Assembly: GCA_002348225.1 (NCBI GenBank) | Contig: DEAP01000008.1 | Location: forward strand, 1 to 57,161 | DNA length: 57,161 nt | Source of the DNA: Dehalococcoidia bacterium UBA2979 | Lineage (GTDB): Bacteria > Chloroflexota > Dehalococcoidia > UBA2979 | Reading direction: 5' to 3' | Shown: positions 35,099 through 46,046 of the stretch, in pieces | Position numbering within the stretch: position 1 is the first letter of the stretch | Layout: each line of letters begins with the position of its first letter | The notes under the pieces: model-generated | Told to the model about the DNA's origin: nothing | The model's database searches: none | What the model saw: only the letters and a program-made list of their open reading frames with translations | Made by a program: the position numbers and the translations under genes

Positions 35099-36634
35099 GT
35101 GAGTGAAAATGACCTGCAATATCTGAAAGATATCAAAGAAAAAAGCCTCCTGGGTGGTGGCCAAGCCCGAATAGACCGTCAACATGAAAGTGGGAAACTC
35201 ACTGCACGAGAGAGAATAGACCTCCTTCTCGACCCCGGTTCGTTCGTGGAAGTTGACTCACTAGCTATAGATGAAAACGTACCTGGTGACGCATTCTTCG
35301 GTGATGCCGTTGTGACTGGCTGGGGCCAAATCGAAAATCGAAACGTGGCAATATTTTCTCAGGATTTCACGGTGTTCGGCGGCTCACTCGGTGAAGTAAT
35401 GGGACAAAAAATCTGTAAAATAATGGATCTTGCGACTAAGGCGGGAGTTCCGATTATCGGTCTTAATGACGGGGCGGGTGCCAGAATACAAGAAGGAGTC
35501 TCCGGACTAGCTGGATACGGTGAAATCTTTTACCGGAACGTTCAAGCGAGCGGGGTTGTTCCTCAGATCTCTATTATCGCCGGCCCGTGTGCTGGAGGGG
35601 CTGTCTACTCCCCTGCACTAACCGACTTCATCTTCATGGTGGAAGAAACGTCATATATGTTCCTGACCGGGCCAGATGTAGTCCTGGCGGCAACGGGTGA
35701 GGATACGACTGCGGAGGAACTTGGCGGTGCAAATTCACACACTGCGAAGAGTGGGGTCGCCCATTTTTCAGCTAAGACGGAAGAAGATCTCCTGCAAGAC
35801 GTACGAGCACTACTTTCGTATCTCCCTGGAAACAATTTAGATGATGCTCCTGTGCAGAATACAGGCGATTCCACCAGCCGACTCATCGATGACATAGGCG
35901 ACATCGTACCGGATGATTCTGACAAGCCCTATGACATCCGTGATGTTATAGAGCGCGTAGTCGATGAAGGTACATTCCTTGAAGTCCATGAAAGGTTTGC
36001 ACCAAATATCGTGGTCGGCCTCGCTCGATTTGATGGAAAAACTGTGGGCGTAGTCGGTAATCAGCCACTCTACTTAGCCGGTGTACTCGATATCGATTCT
36101 TCGCGAAAAGCTGCTAGGTTTGTTCAATTTTGTGACTCTTTCAACCTGCCAGTTGTTACCTTGGTTGACGTCCCTGGCTATCTGCCGGGTGTTTCACAAG
36201 AATATGGCGGAATTATTGGTCACGGAGCAAAGTTAGTATATGCATATGCTGCAGCTACAGTGCCCAAGGTCACGGTGATACTTCGTAAGGGATTCGGCGG
36301 TGCCTATGATGCGATGGGCTCCAAACACCTAGGAGCAGACATTAATTATGCGTGGGCAGGATCAGCAATCGCAGTGATGGCAGGCACACAAGCAGTAAAT
36401 ATAATCAACCGTCGTGAGTTATCTGAGGCTGAGAATGAAGATGCTACCAGAACAGAACTCATAGAAAACTACCGGTCTTCGCTAGAGCATCCCTTCATTG
36501 CAGCCGGCAAAGGCTATATCGACGATGTCATCGACCCCCGTGACAGCCGAATAAAAATCTGTCAGGCATTGAAACTTCTTGAAACCAAGTCTGAGAAAGG
36601 CCTTCCTAAAAAACATGGGAATATCCCTCTATAG
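35099..36634 (+). CDS. pccB: acyl-CoA carboxylase carboxyltransferase (beta) subunit, propionyl-CoA carboxylase / methylmalonyl-CoA carboxyltransferase 12S type
   Basis: 511 aa with a GTG start. Motifs include GKLTARERIDLLLDPGSF, GGSLGE, GLNDGAGARIQEG and GPCAGGAVYSPALTDF. Confidence 0.9.
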   Translation: MSENDLQYLKDIKEKSLLGGGQARIDRQHESGKLTARERIDLLLDPGSFVEVDSLAIDENVPGDAFFGDAVVTGWGQIENRNVAIFSQDFTVFGGSLGEVMGQKICKIMDLATKAGVPIIGLNDGAGARIQEGVSGLAGYGEIFYRNVQASGVVPQISIIAGPCAGGAVYSPALTDFIFMVEETSYMFLTGPDVVLAATGEDTTAEELGGANSHTAKSGVAHFSAKTEEDLLQDVRALLSYLPGNNLDDAPVQNTGDSTSRLIDDIGDIVPDDSDKPYDIRDVIERVVDEGTFLEVHERFAPNIVVGLARFDGKTVGVVGNQPLYLAGVLDIDSSRKAARFVQFCDSFNLPVVTLVDVPGYLPGVSQEYGGIIGHGAKLVYAYAAATVPKVTVILRKGFGGAYDAMGSKHLGADINYAWAGSAIAVMAGTQAVNIINRRELSEAENEDATRTELIENYRSSLEHPFIAAGKGYIDDVIDPRDSRIKICQALKLLETKSEKGLPKKHGNIPL

Positions 36635-36656
36635 CGAATAGATTAGGCATAAATAT

Positions 36657-36688
36657 GCCAGCTTTTTTACTCACAAGTAAAAGCTGGC
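36657..36688 (+). terminator. 10-bp perfect hairpin after pccB (possible terminator; no U-tract)
   Basis: GCCAGCTTTT (36657-36666) pairs with AAAAGCTGGC (36679-36688) around a 12-nt loop, 23 nt after the pccB stop. Confidence 0.4.
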
Positions 36689-36792
36689 CGCGTTATACTC
36701 GTTACGTTTGCAAGTCCAATCTGACTACCTCGAGTAAGGTCTTTAGTAGCAGACTTGATTTAAATATCGATCTAATTTGAAGGATTTAATAT

Positions 36793-38013
36793 ATGGCAAA
36801 AATTAACGTAAAAAACCCAGTCGTGGAGCTCGATGGTGATGAAATGGCCCGCATCATGTGGGGCTTCATTCGAGAAAAATTAATTCTCCCTTACTTAGAT
36901 GTCGAGCTCGAATATTATGACCTCAGCATAGAGAAGCGTGACGAGACCGATGATCAGATCACTATTGATTCAGCCAATGCTATAGCCCGACACGGTGTCG
37001 GCGTAAAATGTGCAACAATCACAGCCGATGAGGACCGAGTTGAAGAATTTGGACTCAAAGAAATGTGGCGATCGCCAAACGGCACAATCCGCAACATCCT
37101 AAACGGTACGGTTTTCCGAGAGCCAATCATATGTAACAATATCCCCCGAATTGTTCCCAACTGGGAAGAGCCAATAATTGTGGGACGGCATGCACATGGA
37201 GACCAGTATCGAGCTACTGATTTCGTAATACCGGGCCCTGGAACGGTAACCCTCACCTTCCAGCCAGCTGATGGTAGTGACCCTATTGTAGAAGAAGTTA
37301 ACTCTTTTGATGCTGGCGGCATCACCATGGGGATGTACAACACTGACGAGTCTATTCGTGGATTCGCTAGTTCCTGTATGCGCTATGCCCTCGAAAGACG
37401 TTTCCCACTCTGGCTCTCAACAAAAAACACCATCTTAAAACGCTATGACGGTCGTTTCCGCGATATCTTCCAGGATGAATATGAGAAGAACTTCCAAACC
37501 GACTTCGAGGCCGCTGGTATCGAATATGAACATCGATTAATCGATGACGTAGTTGCGCAGGTGATGAAAGGTTCGGGTGGTCTTGTTTGGGCGTGTAAAA
37601 ATTACGACGGAGACGTACAGTCAGATGCTATTGCTCAGGGATTCGGTTCACTTGGATTGATGACGTCTGTACTACTTACTCCTGATGGAGACACCGTTGA
37701 AGCTGAGGCTGCCCATGGAACTGTCACGCGACACTACAGGCAACACCAAGCCGGCCAAGCAACATCCACTAACCCCATAGCTTCGATTTTTGCGTGGACA
37801 CGTGGACTCTCGCACAGAGCAAAACTTGACGATAACGATGACCTCGCAGTTTTTGCACAGACTATTGAAGAAGTCTGTATTTCAGCTGTTGAATCCGGTG
37901 ATATGACCAAGGATCTGGCGCTGATTGTGGGTCCTGAACAGGAATTCCTCACTACCGAAGGATTCCTCGGTGCAATCGATACTCGACTACAAGAGGCCGT
38001 ATCCAAAATATAG
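36793..38013 (+). CDS. icd: NADP-dependent isocitrate dehydrogenase, homodimeric type II (eukaryote-like, about 405 aa)
   Basis: [23 protein letters not shown] and [17 protein letters not shown] are typical of type II IDH. 406 aa. Confidence 0.93.
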   Translation: MAKINVKNPVVELDGDEMARIMWGFIREKLILPYLDVELEYYDLSIEKRDETDDQITIDSANAIARHGVGVKCATITADEDRVEEFGLKEMWRSPNGTIRNILNGTVFREPIICNNIPRIVPNWEEPIIVGRHAHGDQYRATDFVIPGPGTVTLTFQPADGSDPIVEEVNSFDAGGITMGMYNTDESIRGFASSCMRYALERRFPLWLSTKNTILKRYDGRFRDIFQDEYEKNFQTDFEAAGIEYEHRLIDDVVAQVMKGSGGLVWACKNYDGDVQSDAIAQGFGSLGLMTSVLLTPDGDTVEAEAAHGTVTRHYRQHQAGQATSTNPIASIFAWTRGLSHRAKLDDNDDLAVFAQTIEEVCISAVESGDMTKDLALIVGPEQEFLTTEGFLGAIDTRLQEAVSKI

Positions 38014-38071
38014 CAATAAAGAAAACAAATCTAATGGCGAAATATCGCCTAATCATTGGAGAAATGCAGAC

Positions 38072-39007
38072 ATGCCAAGACAAAAGGTGACCATCGTAGG
38101 AGCTGGAAACACTGGAGCGACTATGGCCCAAATACTCGGTGCCACAGGGATAGCAGATGTCACTCTCATCGACATCGTCGAAGGATTACCCCAGGGTAAA
38201 GCACTCGATATTGCCGAAGCGCAGGCGTGGCTAAACTCTTCGTCAACTGTTGTAGGAACCAATGACTGGGGAGATACTGCTGACTCCGATGTGATCGTAG
38301 TGACCTCTGGAGTGGCCAGAAAGCCAGGAATGACTCGAGAAGACTTGCTTAAGACTAATGCAGGGATTGTCAGATCTGTCGTGGCGGAGGCGACAAAACA
38401 TTCGCCGAGTGCGATATTAGTGATATTCGCTAATCCCATGGATGCAATGTGTCATGTGGCACTCGAGACGAGTGGCTGGGATGCCGCTCGTGTTGTCGGA
38501 CAGGGCGGGATGCTGGATACTGCCCGATATCGCTCATTTATAGCTATGGAAACCGGAGCATCCGTCAAAGATGTCTCAGCGTGGGTTCTTGGGGGCCACA
38601 CAGAAGCCACCATGGTGCCATTATCCTCCAATGCTAGCGTTGGAGGAGTACCTTTGAGTTCCCTCCTCGACGAGAGTCAAATAGAGAAATTAGTCAATCG
38701 TGCTAAGAACGGAGGTGCTGAAATAGTGGGCCTTCTTAAAACCGGAAGCGCTTTTGTTGCTCCAGCCGTCGCGACGATTGAGATGGTCAAAAGTATTCTC
38801 CTTGATGAGCAACGTCTTTTGCCTGCCTGCGCCTTCCTAAATGGCCAGTTTGGCATCACTGACGCCTATGTCGGAGTACCTCTGAAGCTCGGAGCCTCGG
38901 GAATCAGCTCGATTCATGAAATACCAGTATCCGAAAATGAACTAGCGGCTATTCAAGCAGCAGGAGATGCAGTCAAGGAACTTGTTGCCGCGACACCTCG
39001 TAATTAA
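38072..39007 (+). CDS. mdh: malate dehydrogenase (LDH-like family)
   Basis: Start at ATG 38072, with GGAGA upstream. [18 protein letters not shown] is the Rossmann motif. [14 protein letters not shown] and [11 protein letters not shown] are present. 311 aa. Confidence 0.93.
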   Translation: MPRQKVTIVGAGNTGATMAQILGATGIADVTLIDIVEGLPQGKALDIAEAQAWLNSSSTVVGTNDWGDTADSDVIVVTSGVARKPGMTREDLLKTNAGIVRSVVAEATKHSPSAILVIFANPMDAMCHVALETSGWDAARVVGQGGMLDTARYRSFIAMETGASVKDVSAWVLGGHTEATMVPLSSNASVGGVPLSSLLDESQIEKLVNRAKNGGAEIVGLLKTGSAFVAPAVATIEMVKSILLDEQRLLPACAFLNGQFGITDAYVGVPLKLGASGISSIHEIPVSENELAAIQAAGDAVKELVAATPRN

Positions 39008-39057
39008 CCTTCTCTCGCTTTCATAAATCAGCGGATAAAGCAATAAGGGCAGTACTG

Positions 39058-40449
39058 ATGACACAGAACGGCACCATACGACAAGAATCTGACACGATGG
39101 GAACGATAGGTGTCCCATCTGACAAGTACTGGGGAGCACAAACTCAACGGTCACTTGAAAATTTCCCTATTGGCACCGAGACAATGCCACGGGCATTAAT
39201 ACGAGCAATGGGAATAGTCAAATACGCTTCTGCCAATGCGAATCATGAATTAGGTCTGTTGGATGATCAAAAACATCAAGCCATTGTCAGTGCTGCTGAA
39301 GAAGTAATTTCAGGAGATTTGGACACACATTTCCCTCTTGTCATATGGCAGACCGGCTCAGGAACTCAGACAAACATGAATGTAAATGAGGTTATTTCGA
39401 ATAAGGCCATTGAAGCTCTTGGAGGAGTAATAGGTTCAAAAGTCCCCGTACATCCCAACGACGACGTAAATATGTCTCAGTCGTCAAACGACACTTTCCC
39501 TGCGGCAATGAGTATCGCCACAGTGGAACAAATCATGCATGTAACACTACCCGGTCTCCAACATTTACTTACGAGCCTCCAGACTAAGACAGCAACTTTT
39601 GGTGGCATTGTCAAAATCGGACGTACGCATTTGATGGATGCAGTCCCACTCACCCTTGAGCAGGAATTCTCGGGATATGTCGAGCAGGTGGCCCGCTCGA
39701 TAATCAGAATCGAGAACGTACTGCCCAATCTCAAGGAACTAGCTCTGGGTGGAACTGCTGTCGGAACAGGATTGAATGCCCCGGCCCACTTTGCCGAAAA
39801 AGCTGCTGAATCAGCTGCTACTTATACAAATATAGACTTTGTCACGGCTCCAAATAAATTCGAATCACTTGCCGCCCACGATGCACAAGTTGAACTTGCA
39901 GGAGCCCTCAACACCGTCGCGGCTTCTCTTATGAAAATCGCTAACGATATCAGACTACTTGGCTCTGGACCCAGAGCAGGACTCGGTGAGCTTATTCTCC
40001 CCGCAAACGAACCAGGCTCAAGCATTATGCCAGGCAAAGTAAATCCTACTCAATGCGAGGCACTGACAATGGTTTGTGCCCAGGTTATGGGCAATGCAGT
40101 CGCAGTGAGTATAGGAGGTGCAACTGGACACTTTGAACTAAATGTTTTCAAGCCCGTTATTGCTGCGAACAATTTACAGTCGCTCAGACTCCTTGGAGAT
40201 GCGGCTCGATCCTTTGCTGACAGATGCGTCACTGGAATAAAACCGAATATCCGCAGAATCACCGAGCTCATGGAATCGAGTCTCATGCTCGTCACAGCGT
40301 TGAATCCTCATATCGGTTATGACAACGCCGCAAAAATAGCTAAGAATGCCCACGACCAGTCAATCACCCTTAAGGAATCAGCTCTTCAGCTCAACCTAAT
40401 GACCGAACAGCAATATGATGAATGGGTGCGACCAAATGAGATGGTATAG
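39058..40449 (+). CDS. fumC: class II fumarate hydratase
   Basis: Signature [16 protein letters not shown]. 463 aa. Confidence 0.95.
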   Translation: MTQNGTIRQESDTMGTIGVPSDKYWGAQTQRSLENFPIGTETMPRALIRAMGIVKYASANANHELGLLDDQKHQAIVSAAEEVISGDLDTHFPLVIWQTGSGTQTNMNVNEVISNKAIEALGGVIGSKVPVHPNDDVNMSQSSNDTFPAAMSIATVEQIMHVTLPGLQHLLTSLQTKTATFGGIVKIGRTHLMDAVPLTLEQEFSGYVEQVARSIIRIENVLPNLKELALGGTAVGTGLNAPAHFAEKAAESAATYTNIDFVTAPNKFESLAAHDAQVELAGALNTVAASLMKIANDIRLLGSGPRAGLGELILPANEPGSSIMPGKVNPTQCEALTMVCAQVMGNAVAVSIGGATGHFELNVFKPVIAANNLQSLRLLGDAARSFADRCVTGIKPNIRRITELMESSLMLVTALNPHIGYDNAAKIAKNAHDQSITLKESALQLNLMTEQQYDEWVRPNEMV

Positions 40450-40470
40450 ACTGAAATGAGTAAGTTCTCT

Positions 40471-41223
40471 TTAGCTTTTATCCTTACCTCTCGAAATCAG
40501 CCTACCGATCATCCTTAAGGGATCATACAGCTCGTCCGCACGTCGCTCTTTGAGCGGAATGATTGCATTGTCGGTAATCTTAATTCCTTCAGGACATACC
40601 TCCGTGCAGCATTTCGTTATGTTGCAATATTCCAAACCAAACCCATGGGCCACAGTATCGCTTTTGGGGTTTTGATCCAGAGGATGCATCGCCACAGAGG
40701 CGAGTTGTACGAAGAATTTCGGACCAGCAAACGCATCCTGGTTCTCCGGATGATCTCTGATCACGTGACACACATCCTGACACATGTAGCATTCTATGCA
40801 CTTATGAAACTCTTGCACCCTCTCAATATCTATCTGTGCCATCCGACGAACATCACCTTCGGCTGGCTCCTCTAAATCAACAAATGGTATGGTTTTGGCT
40901 TTGTCGTAGTTATATTTCACATCCGTAACAAGATCTTTGATCAACGGGAATGCTTTGAGAGGGGCCACAATAACTTCCTCCCCATCTTCGAACTCATCCA
41001 TACGAGTCATGCACTGCAGGCGAGGATGTCCATTGATCTCGGCCGAGCATGAACCACATTTCCCAGCCTTGCAGTTCCATCTCACTGCTAAATCACCTGC
41101 GTGCTCGGCCTGAATTTTATGAATTACATCAAGAACGACCATACCGTCCTCAAGACTGACTTCATATTTTTCGTACTGTCCGTCATCGTCACCACGCCAA
41201 ACAGAAAAATTCGCAGTAGTCAT
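40471..41223 (-). CDS. sdhB: succinate dehydrogenase / fumarate reductase iron-sulfur subunit
   Basis: 2Fe-2S motif CKAGKCGSCSAEING and ferredoxin-type CxxCxxCxxxCP clusters (CIECYMCQDVC, CTEVCP). It abuts sdhA. Confidence 0.93.
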   Translation of the reverse strand: MTTANFSVWRGDDDGQYEKYEVSLEDGMVVLDVIHKIQAEHAGDLAVRWNCKAGKCGSCSAEINGHPRLQCMTRMDEFEDGEEVIVAPLKAFPLIKDLVTDVKYNYDKAKTIPFVDLEEPAEGDVRRMAQIDIERVQEFHKCIECYMCQDVCHVIRDHPENQDAFAGPKFFVQLASVAMHPLDQNPKSDTVAHGFGLEYCNITKCCTEVCPEGIKITDNAIIPLKERRADELYDPLRMIGRLISRGKDKS

Positions 41224-41240
41224 TATGTAATGCCTTCCAA

Positions 41241-43031
41241 TCAGTCCTCGAAAAGTTCCTTGAGATCATTTGGCATTTCAGCAAGAGGTTGCTGTTGTAT
41301 GACAATCCCACCGGACTCATCATATTTAGCCATAACGTTTACCTTCCCAAATTCCTCCGACGCTGTCGGGAAATCATCCCTCGTATGTCCTCCACGAGAC
41401 TCTTTTCGTTCGAGTGCTGCCAGAGTGGTTGTCTCGGCCATTGACAGTAGATGCTCAAGATCAAGAGCAGTGTGCCACCCAGGGTTGTATGCGGTCCCAC
41501 CAGGGGCAGATACTCCAAGAGCACGTTCCTTTAGCGTGTGGATCGTGTTCAACGCTGATTCCATATCTGCTTGGTTTCTGATTATCCCAACCTGAGCTTG
41601 CATGAGCTCTCTAAGCTCACTCTGGATTGTGTAGGGATTCTCATTCCCATCAGACTCTAGAGGAGCCGTGATCCGTTCCACTGCTTCCTTTGATTGGGCT
41701 TGGTCGAGATTAACGAATTCTCTAGCCAGAGCGTGTTCCGCCGCATAGAAACCTGCTCGCTGTCCAAAAACCAGCAGGTCTGATAATGAATTTCCGCCAA
41801 GTCTATTCGAACCATGTAGTCCAGCAGCGACTTCACCAGCCGCATACAGTCCATCAACTGTTGTGGCACAAGTCTCAGCATCTACCTTGACGCCTCCCAT
41901 GACGTAATGTGCCGTAGGTCCTACCTCCATCGGATCCTTCGTTATGTCTACTCCGGCGAGTTCCATGAACTGGTGATACATCGAGGGAAGTCTCCGTTTG
42001 ATATAGTCGCTGTCACGCCTACTGGCGATATCTAAATATACGCCACCAGACGGACTCCCACGGCCAGCTTTCACTTCCGCATGAATTGCTCTGGCCACCT
42101 CATCTCTAGGTAAAAGATCAGGTGTCCTACGAGCATTCACCTTGTCGGTGTACCAAAGATCAGCTTCCTCTTCAGAATCGGCGGTCTCAGACGCGAACAT
42201 ATCAGGGATGTAGTTAAACATAAAACGTTCACCATCTGTGTTTCTTAGTGTTCCACCGTCTCCCCGAACTCCTTCAGTGACCAAAATCCCTTTCACGGAT
42301 GCAGGGGCTACCATACCAGTCGGATGGAATTGCACAAATTCCATGTCAATCATCTCGGCTCCGGCTTTCATTGCTAATGAGTGGCCGTCACCAGTGCCCT
42401 CCCATGAATTTGAGGTAACTGACCAAATTCTACCGAGTCCCCCGGTAGCCATTACAATCGATTTCGCTCGGAATTGAACCAATTCGCCGTTTTCTCGCCA
42501 ATAACCTACAGCACCGCTAACAGAGCCATCTTGCACAGTTATATGATTAATAGTGCACTCCGCAAAAACCGCAATATCACCGGCCACCGAGCGCTGCTGC
42601 AAGATTCTAATCATTTCTAAGCCGGTCCGGTCCCCAACATGGGCAAGTCGAGCGTACCTATGCCCGCCAAAATCACGCTGGAGTATCTTGCCATCCGGAG
42701 TTCGGTCGAATAAAGCACCCCAGCCTTCTAGCTCGATCACTCTCTCAGGAGCTTCTTGCGCATGTATCTGTGCCATACGCCAGTTATTCAACATCTTTCC
42801 GCCGCGCATGGTGTCTCTAAAATGAACTTTCCAATTATCCTGCGCCCAAACATTTCCCATAGCGGCTGCCATACCGCCTTCAGCCATAACGGTATGCGCT
42901 TTGCCTAAAAGTGATTTGGTAATGATTGCTGTCTTGCAACCCTTCATCGTGGCCTCTACCGCTGCCCTAAGACCAGCCCCACCGGCGCCTATTATCAGCA
43001 CATCGTAGTCGTGTGTTTCAATTGCCGCCAT
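41241..43031 (-). CDS. sdhA: succinate dehydrogenase / fumarate reductase flavoprotein subunit
   Basis: FAD motif VLIIGAGGAGLRAA. Covalent-FAD His context KAHTVMAEGG. HPTG and RLGGNSL motifs. 596 aa. Confidence 0.95.
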   Translation of the reverse strand: MAAIETHDYDVLIIGAGGAGLRAAVEATMKGCKTAIITKSLLGKAHTVMAEGGMAAAMGNVWAQDNWKVHFRDTMRGGKMLNNWRMAQIHAQEAPERVIELEGWGALFDRTPDGKILQRDFGGHRYARLAHVGDRTGLEMIRILQQRSVAGDIAVFAECTINHITVQDGSVSGAVGYWRENGELVQFRAKSIVMATGGLGRIWSVTSNSWEGTGDGHSLAMKAGAEMIDMEFVQFHPTGMVAPASVKGILVTEGVRGDGGTLRNTDGERFMFNYIPDMFASETADSEEEADLWYTDKVNARRTPDLLPRDEVARAIHAEVKAGRGSPSGGVYLDIASRRDSDYIKRRLPSMYHQFMELAGVDITKDPMEVGPTAHYVMGGVKVDAETCATTVDGLYAAGEVAAGLHGSNRLGGNSLSDLLVFGQRAGFYAAEHALAREFVNLDQAQSKEAVERITAPLESDGNENPYTIQSELRELMQAQVGIIRNQADMESALNTIHTLKERALGVSAPGGTAYNPGWHTALDLEHLLSMAETTTLAALERKESRGGHTRDDFPTASEEFGKVNVMAKYDESGGIVIQQQPLAEMPNDLKELFED

Positions 43032-43835
43032 TTAAAAATTTCCCCATGTATTGAAATCTGTAAGAACGTCATTAGCGACTAAGCGGACGTACAAATCTGA
43101 CAATCCCACCCAAATCAAACTCGTCCAAGCCCACCTTCGATGCTGCTCGTTTGCGACCGTGAAGATCTCCCATAGTCGGTAACGGAGTCGCCGGAAAGGT
43201 GTCCTGGAAAATTGGTTGAGTCCACCAGCCACCCAGTGCCGCAAAGAATGGCAGCCGATCGTGTACATAGTAAGAAATACTGCATTCAATGTGAGGATTA
43301 CACTCCCTATTCCCATTCCAAATTCACCGTCATGCCAAAAGGATTTATATGCTCCGACAAACAGTATCGGGACAAAGACGATCGCAACGTACATAAACCA
43401 GCGGTGTATGTTTTGGATGATTAAGGGGAAGGTTGATTCACCCGAATAACTCCCAGCCGGTTCGCGTATTGCACATCCGGGCGGGCTTAGGAAATACGCA
43501 CGGTAATATGTCTTCCGATAGTAGTAACAAGTAGTCCGAAATCCTAGCGGTGCCCACAAAATGAACAATGCCGGTGATATCCAAACTGGCAACCAGTCAG
43601 GGTGTATTAGTGGCTCAAAAAAAGGTGAGAGATATGTGTGGCCCTCTGTGTAATAAGCCACCATCGGGTCATCCGCCGACCCTCCTCCTAATAACATGGC
43701 AGAAATCGTGGAATAAATGACAAATATTAACAACCCAGAACCGGTTACGAGTGGCTCTACCCACCAACGATCTTTCCTATGAGTGGACCCGTATCGTGCC
43801 TCTAGAGCCTGTGCATTCGGTACAGTCGATGCCAT
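43032..43835 (-). CDS. sdhC: succinate dehydrogenase membrane anchor / cytochrome b subunit (single-subunit b558-like type)
   Basis: 267-aa polytopic membrane protein with conserved His. Its stop directly abuts the sdhA start (43031/43032). The assignment rests mainly on context. Confidence 0.75.
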   Translation of the reverse strand: MASTVPNAQALEARYGSTHRKDRWWVEPLVTGSGLLIFVIYSTISAMLLGGGSADDPMVAYYTEGHTYLSPFFEPLIHPDWLPVWISPALFILWAPLGFRTTCYYYRKTYYRAYFLSPPGCAIREPAGSYSGESTFPLIIQNIHRWFMYVAIVFVPILFVGAYKSFWHDGEFGMGIGSVILTLNAVFLTMYTIGCHSLRHWVAGGLNQFSRTPFRRLRYRLWEIFTVANEQHRRWAWTSLIWVGLSDLYVRLVANDVLTDFNTWGNF

Positions 43836-43906
43836 TGTTTTCCCTCTTACACTAGATGATAGCTGGCTTCCACCTCACGGGCGAGTACATGAACTAGACC
43901 GTGCCT

Positions 43907-44443
43907 CTATTCTAAGAAATACAAGGTATAAGCAACGATCGTTTTAGCGTCGACTATCATACCGCTTCGAATTTGTTCTTTGATTTCTTCAACTGAGATA
44001 TGGATTGGTGGCTGAATCCGTTCTCCGAAGTCCTGTGGAAGAGGGGAGTGCGTCAGTTCCGTGGCAAGGAAAAAATCAATCCACTCGGTGCACCATCCCG
44101 GAGCCATCCAGGTTCCACCCAAATGTTCAAGTCGCCCAGCAGAATATCCGGTCTCTTCTCGGATCTCGCGGGCCGCCGTAGTTATCGCGCTTTCACCAGG
44201 TTCTCGAGTTCCTGCCGGTATCTCCGTCAACATCTGCCCTACTGAATGACGATATTGCCTCACCAAAATCCATCGCCCATCCGAATCTTGACAAATTATT
44301 GCAACTGCACCTTGGTGGTGCACCACTTCTCTAGTAACTTCGATCCCATCGTGGAAACTCACTTGATCTACCGATACTGAGAACTTGCCTCCCCGGAATT
44401 TTTCATGTGAGGACTTAGTTGTCGGCAGCTCATCTTTGGTCAT
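43907..44443 (-). CDS. NUDIX hydrolase (ADP-ribose pyrophosphatase-like)
   Basis: Nudix box GTREPGESAITTAAREIREETGY. 178 aa. Confidence 0.85.
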   Translation of the reverse strand: MTKDELPTTKSSHEKFRGGKFSVSVDQVSFHDGIEVTREVVHHQGAVAIICQDSDGRWILVRQYRHSVGQMLTEIPAGTREPGESAITTAAREIREETGYSAGRLEHLGGTWMAPGWCTEWIDFFLATELTHSPLPQDFGERIQPPIHISVEEIKEQIRSGMIVDAKTIVAYTLYFLE

Positions 44444-44481
44444 ATTAAGCTCCTCCCAGTTCGCTCATTACAGAAAGAAGA

Positions 44482-44973
44482 CTATTCGAGCTCCAATATC
44501 ATGGCGATCTCATCACAACTGGGAAACTTTGGACACCGATAACATTCGTTCCATACTTTCCTTGGAAGGCTTCTTACATCGGCTCGTTTCCAACCTAATT
44601 TTTCAAAAAATTCGGGTTGATAAGTAAGTGCAAATATTCTAGACAGACCTAACTGAATTGCCTCATCGACGCAGGCGTTTACTAGGGTTGCACCAATCCT
44701 TAGGCCTTGCATTCTTTCGTCAACGGCGACAGATTTGACCTCAGCGAGATCCGACCACACCAGATGGAGTGCCGCACAACCAACAATATCGTCTTCGTCC
44801 TCAACGACATAGAAGTCACGAAGATGCTCATATGTTTCACCAAGCGTTCTTGGCAACATTTGGCCTTGGGCCGCCCAATAGTTGACCAATTTAGCTATAC
44901 CTGAGCCGTCGTCCATACGAGCAGGCCTCACTGCTGTATTCACGGCGATAGGGCTGTCATCTTTTGAATTCAT
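44482..44973 (-). CDS. GNAT-family N-acetyltransferase (short ArgA-like amino-acid acetyltransferase)
   Basis: The acetyl-CoA motif region is VAVDERMQGLRIGATLVNACV. The C-terminal KVWNECYRCPKFPSCDEIAM resembles short N-acetylglutamate-synthase-like GNATs (from memory). Confidence 0.75.
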   Translation of the reverse strand: MNSKDDSPIAVNTAVRPARMDDGSGIAKLVNYWAAQGQMLPRTLGETYEHLRDFYVVEDEDDIVGCAALHLVWSDLAEVKSVAVDERMQGLRIGATLVNACVDEAIQLGLSRIFALTYQPEFFEKLGWKRADVRSLPRKVWNECYRCPKFPSCDEIAMILELE

Positions 44974-44982
44974 GTATAGAGT

Positions 44983-45915
44983 CTACTTTAATTTGTCCTG
45001 GTTCTGCTCATGACGCACGTAGTCAGGTCGTAACCAACCAAGTCTCTCCGCCACTTTGTTATAAAAATCGGGAGAACTTTCAGGTACTACAAATTCCACC
45101 GCTTTCTCAGAAATCTGAACGGTTACTGACGAGTCATTCGGCAAATGGGTCTGAAACATACCATCAAAACTCACTAGTGCACCCGAATCCATTCCACGTG
45201 CCACTGTTAAGACTACAGAATCGTGATCCGATAGAACAATACTATTTGAGCCTGTTAAATGTGGTGCAACTGGCGTCACTAGCATTGATCGCTCGAAAGG
45301 ATTAAGAATCGGTCCTCCGGCTGACAGTGAATACCCTGTTGACCCTGTTGCAGTAGCAACGATGACACCGTCAGCTCTGTACTCAGCAATAAGTGTGTCA
45401 TTGATCTCGGCCAAAATGGAGATAGTGCCTCCAATCGAGTCGCGGCCCAATACCACGTCATTGAGCGCATACTGAGTTTCAGGCTGATCGCTAAGAGTCG
45501 CAGAAATCAATGCCCTCTGGAACAACGAGGAGTTGCCCTCTACCACCTCAGTGATCGCACTGCGTATTTCCTGTTCGATCACATCAGTAAGGAATCCAAG
45601 ACGACCAAGGCGAATACCTAATATCGGAATATTCGACTCCAAAGCCAGCTGTGCAACCTTTAGGACCGTCCCATCACCTCCTACACAAATCAAAAGGTCG
45701 GTTCCTGCGATTTCTTCTTGAAAAGCTGCTCTTGATTGGAAATCGAGCTCCTGAGGCAAGGTCACTTGGCTGGCAGACAATCCAAGTGACTGGGTAATTG
45801 ATACAAGATTTTCGGAGGTACTAGCAGCATCCGGCATATTCACTGGATAACAAACCGCTACCGCATTCGGGGGCCTAAATAAAGTTCTTGATTTGTCATT
45901 TGGTTCCGCAGGCAC
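44983..45915 (-). CDS. nadK: NAD kinase
   Basis: GGDGT motif (LICVGGDGTVLK), the NE/D motif region and ATGSTGYSLSAGGPI. 310 aa with a GTG start. Confidence 0.9.
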   Translation of the reverse strand: MPAEPNDKSRTLFRPPNAVAVCYPVNMPDAASTSENLVSITQSLGLSASQVTLPQELDFQSRAAFQEEIAGTDLLICVGGDGTVLKVAQLALESNIPILGIRLGRLGFLTDVIEQEIRSAITEVVEGNSSLFQRALISATLSDQPETQYALNDVVLGRDSIGGTISILAEINDTLIAEYRADGVIVATATGSTGYSLSAGGPILNPFERSMLVTPVAPHLTGSNSIVLSDHDSVVLTVARGMDSGALVSFDGMFQTHLPNDSSVTVQISEKAVEFVVPESSPDFYNKVAERLGWLRPDYVRHEQNQDKLK

Positions 45916-46046
45916 TTAAGCCCCCTACTCTATTCGTCGTCCCGAATAATTAGCGTCCTAGCACTCTAGCTATGCTCCGGGTTACTGGATTACTCATCTC
46001 GAGGCACTCGATTAATTCAGACTTAAGATCATACTGCGCATGTGAA

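Noticed and set aside
37925-38071. The track ORF extends mdh 49 codons upstream, overlapping the end of icd.
   Set aside because: The canonical MDH N-terminus ([15 protein letters not shown]) starts at ATG 38072 with a GGAGA SD. The extension has no homology-like features.
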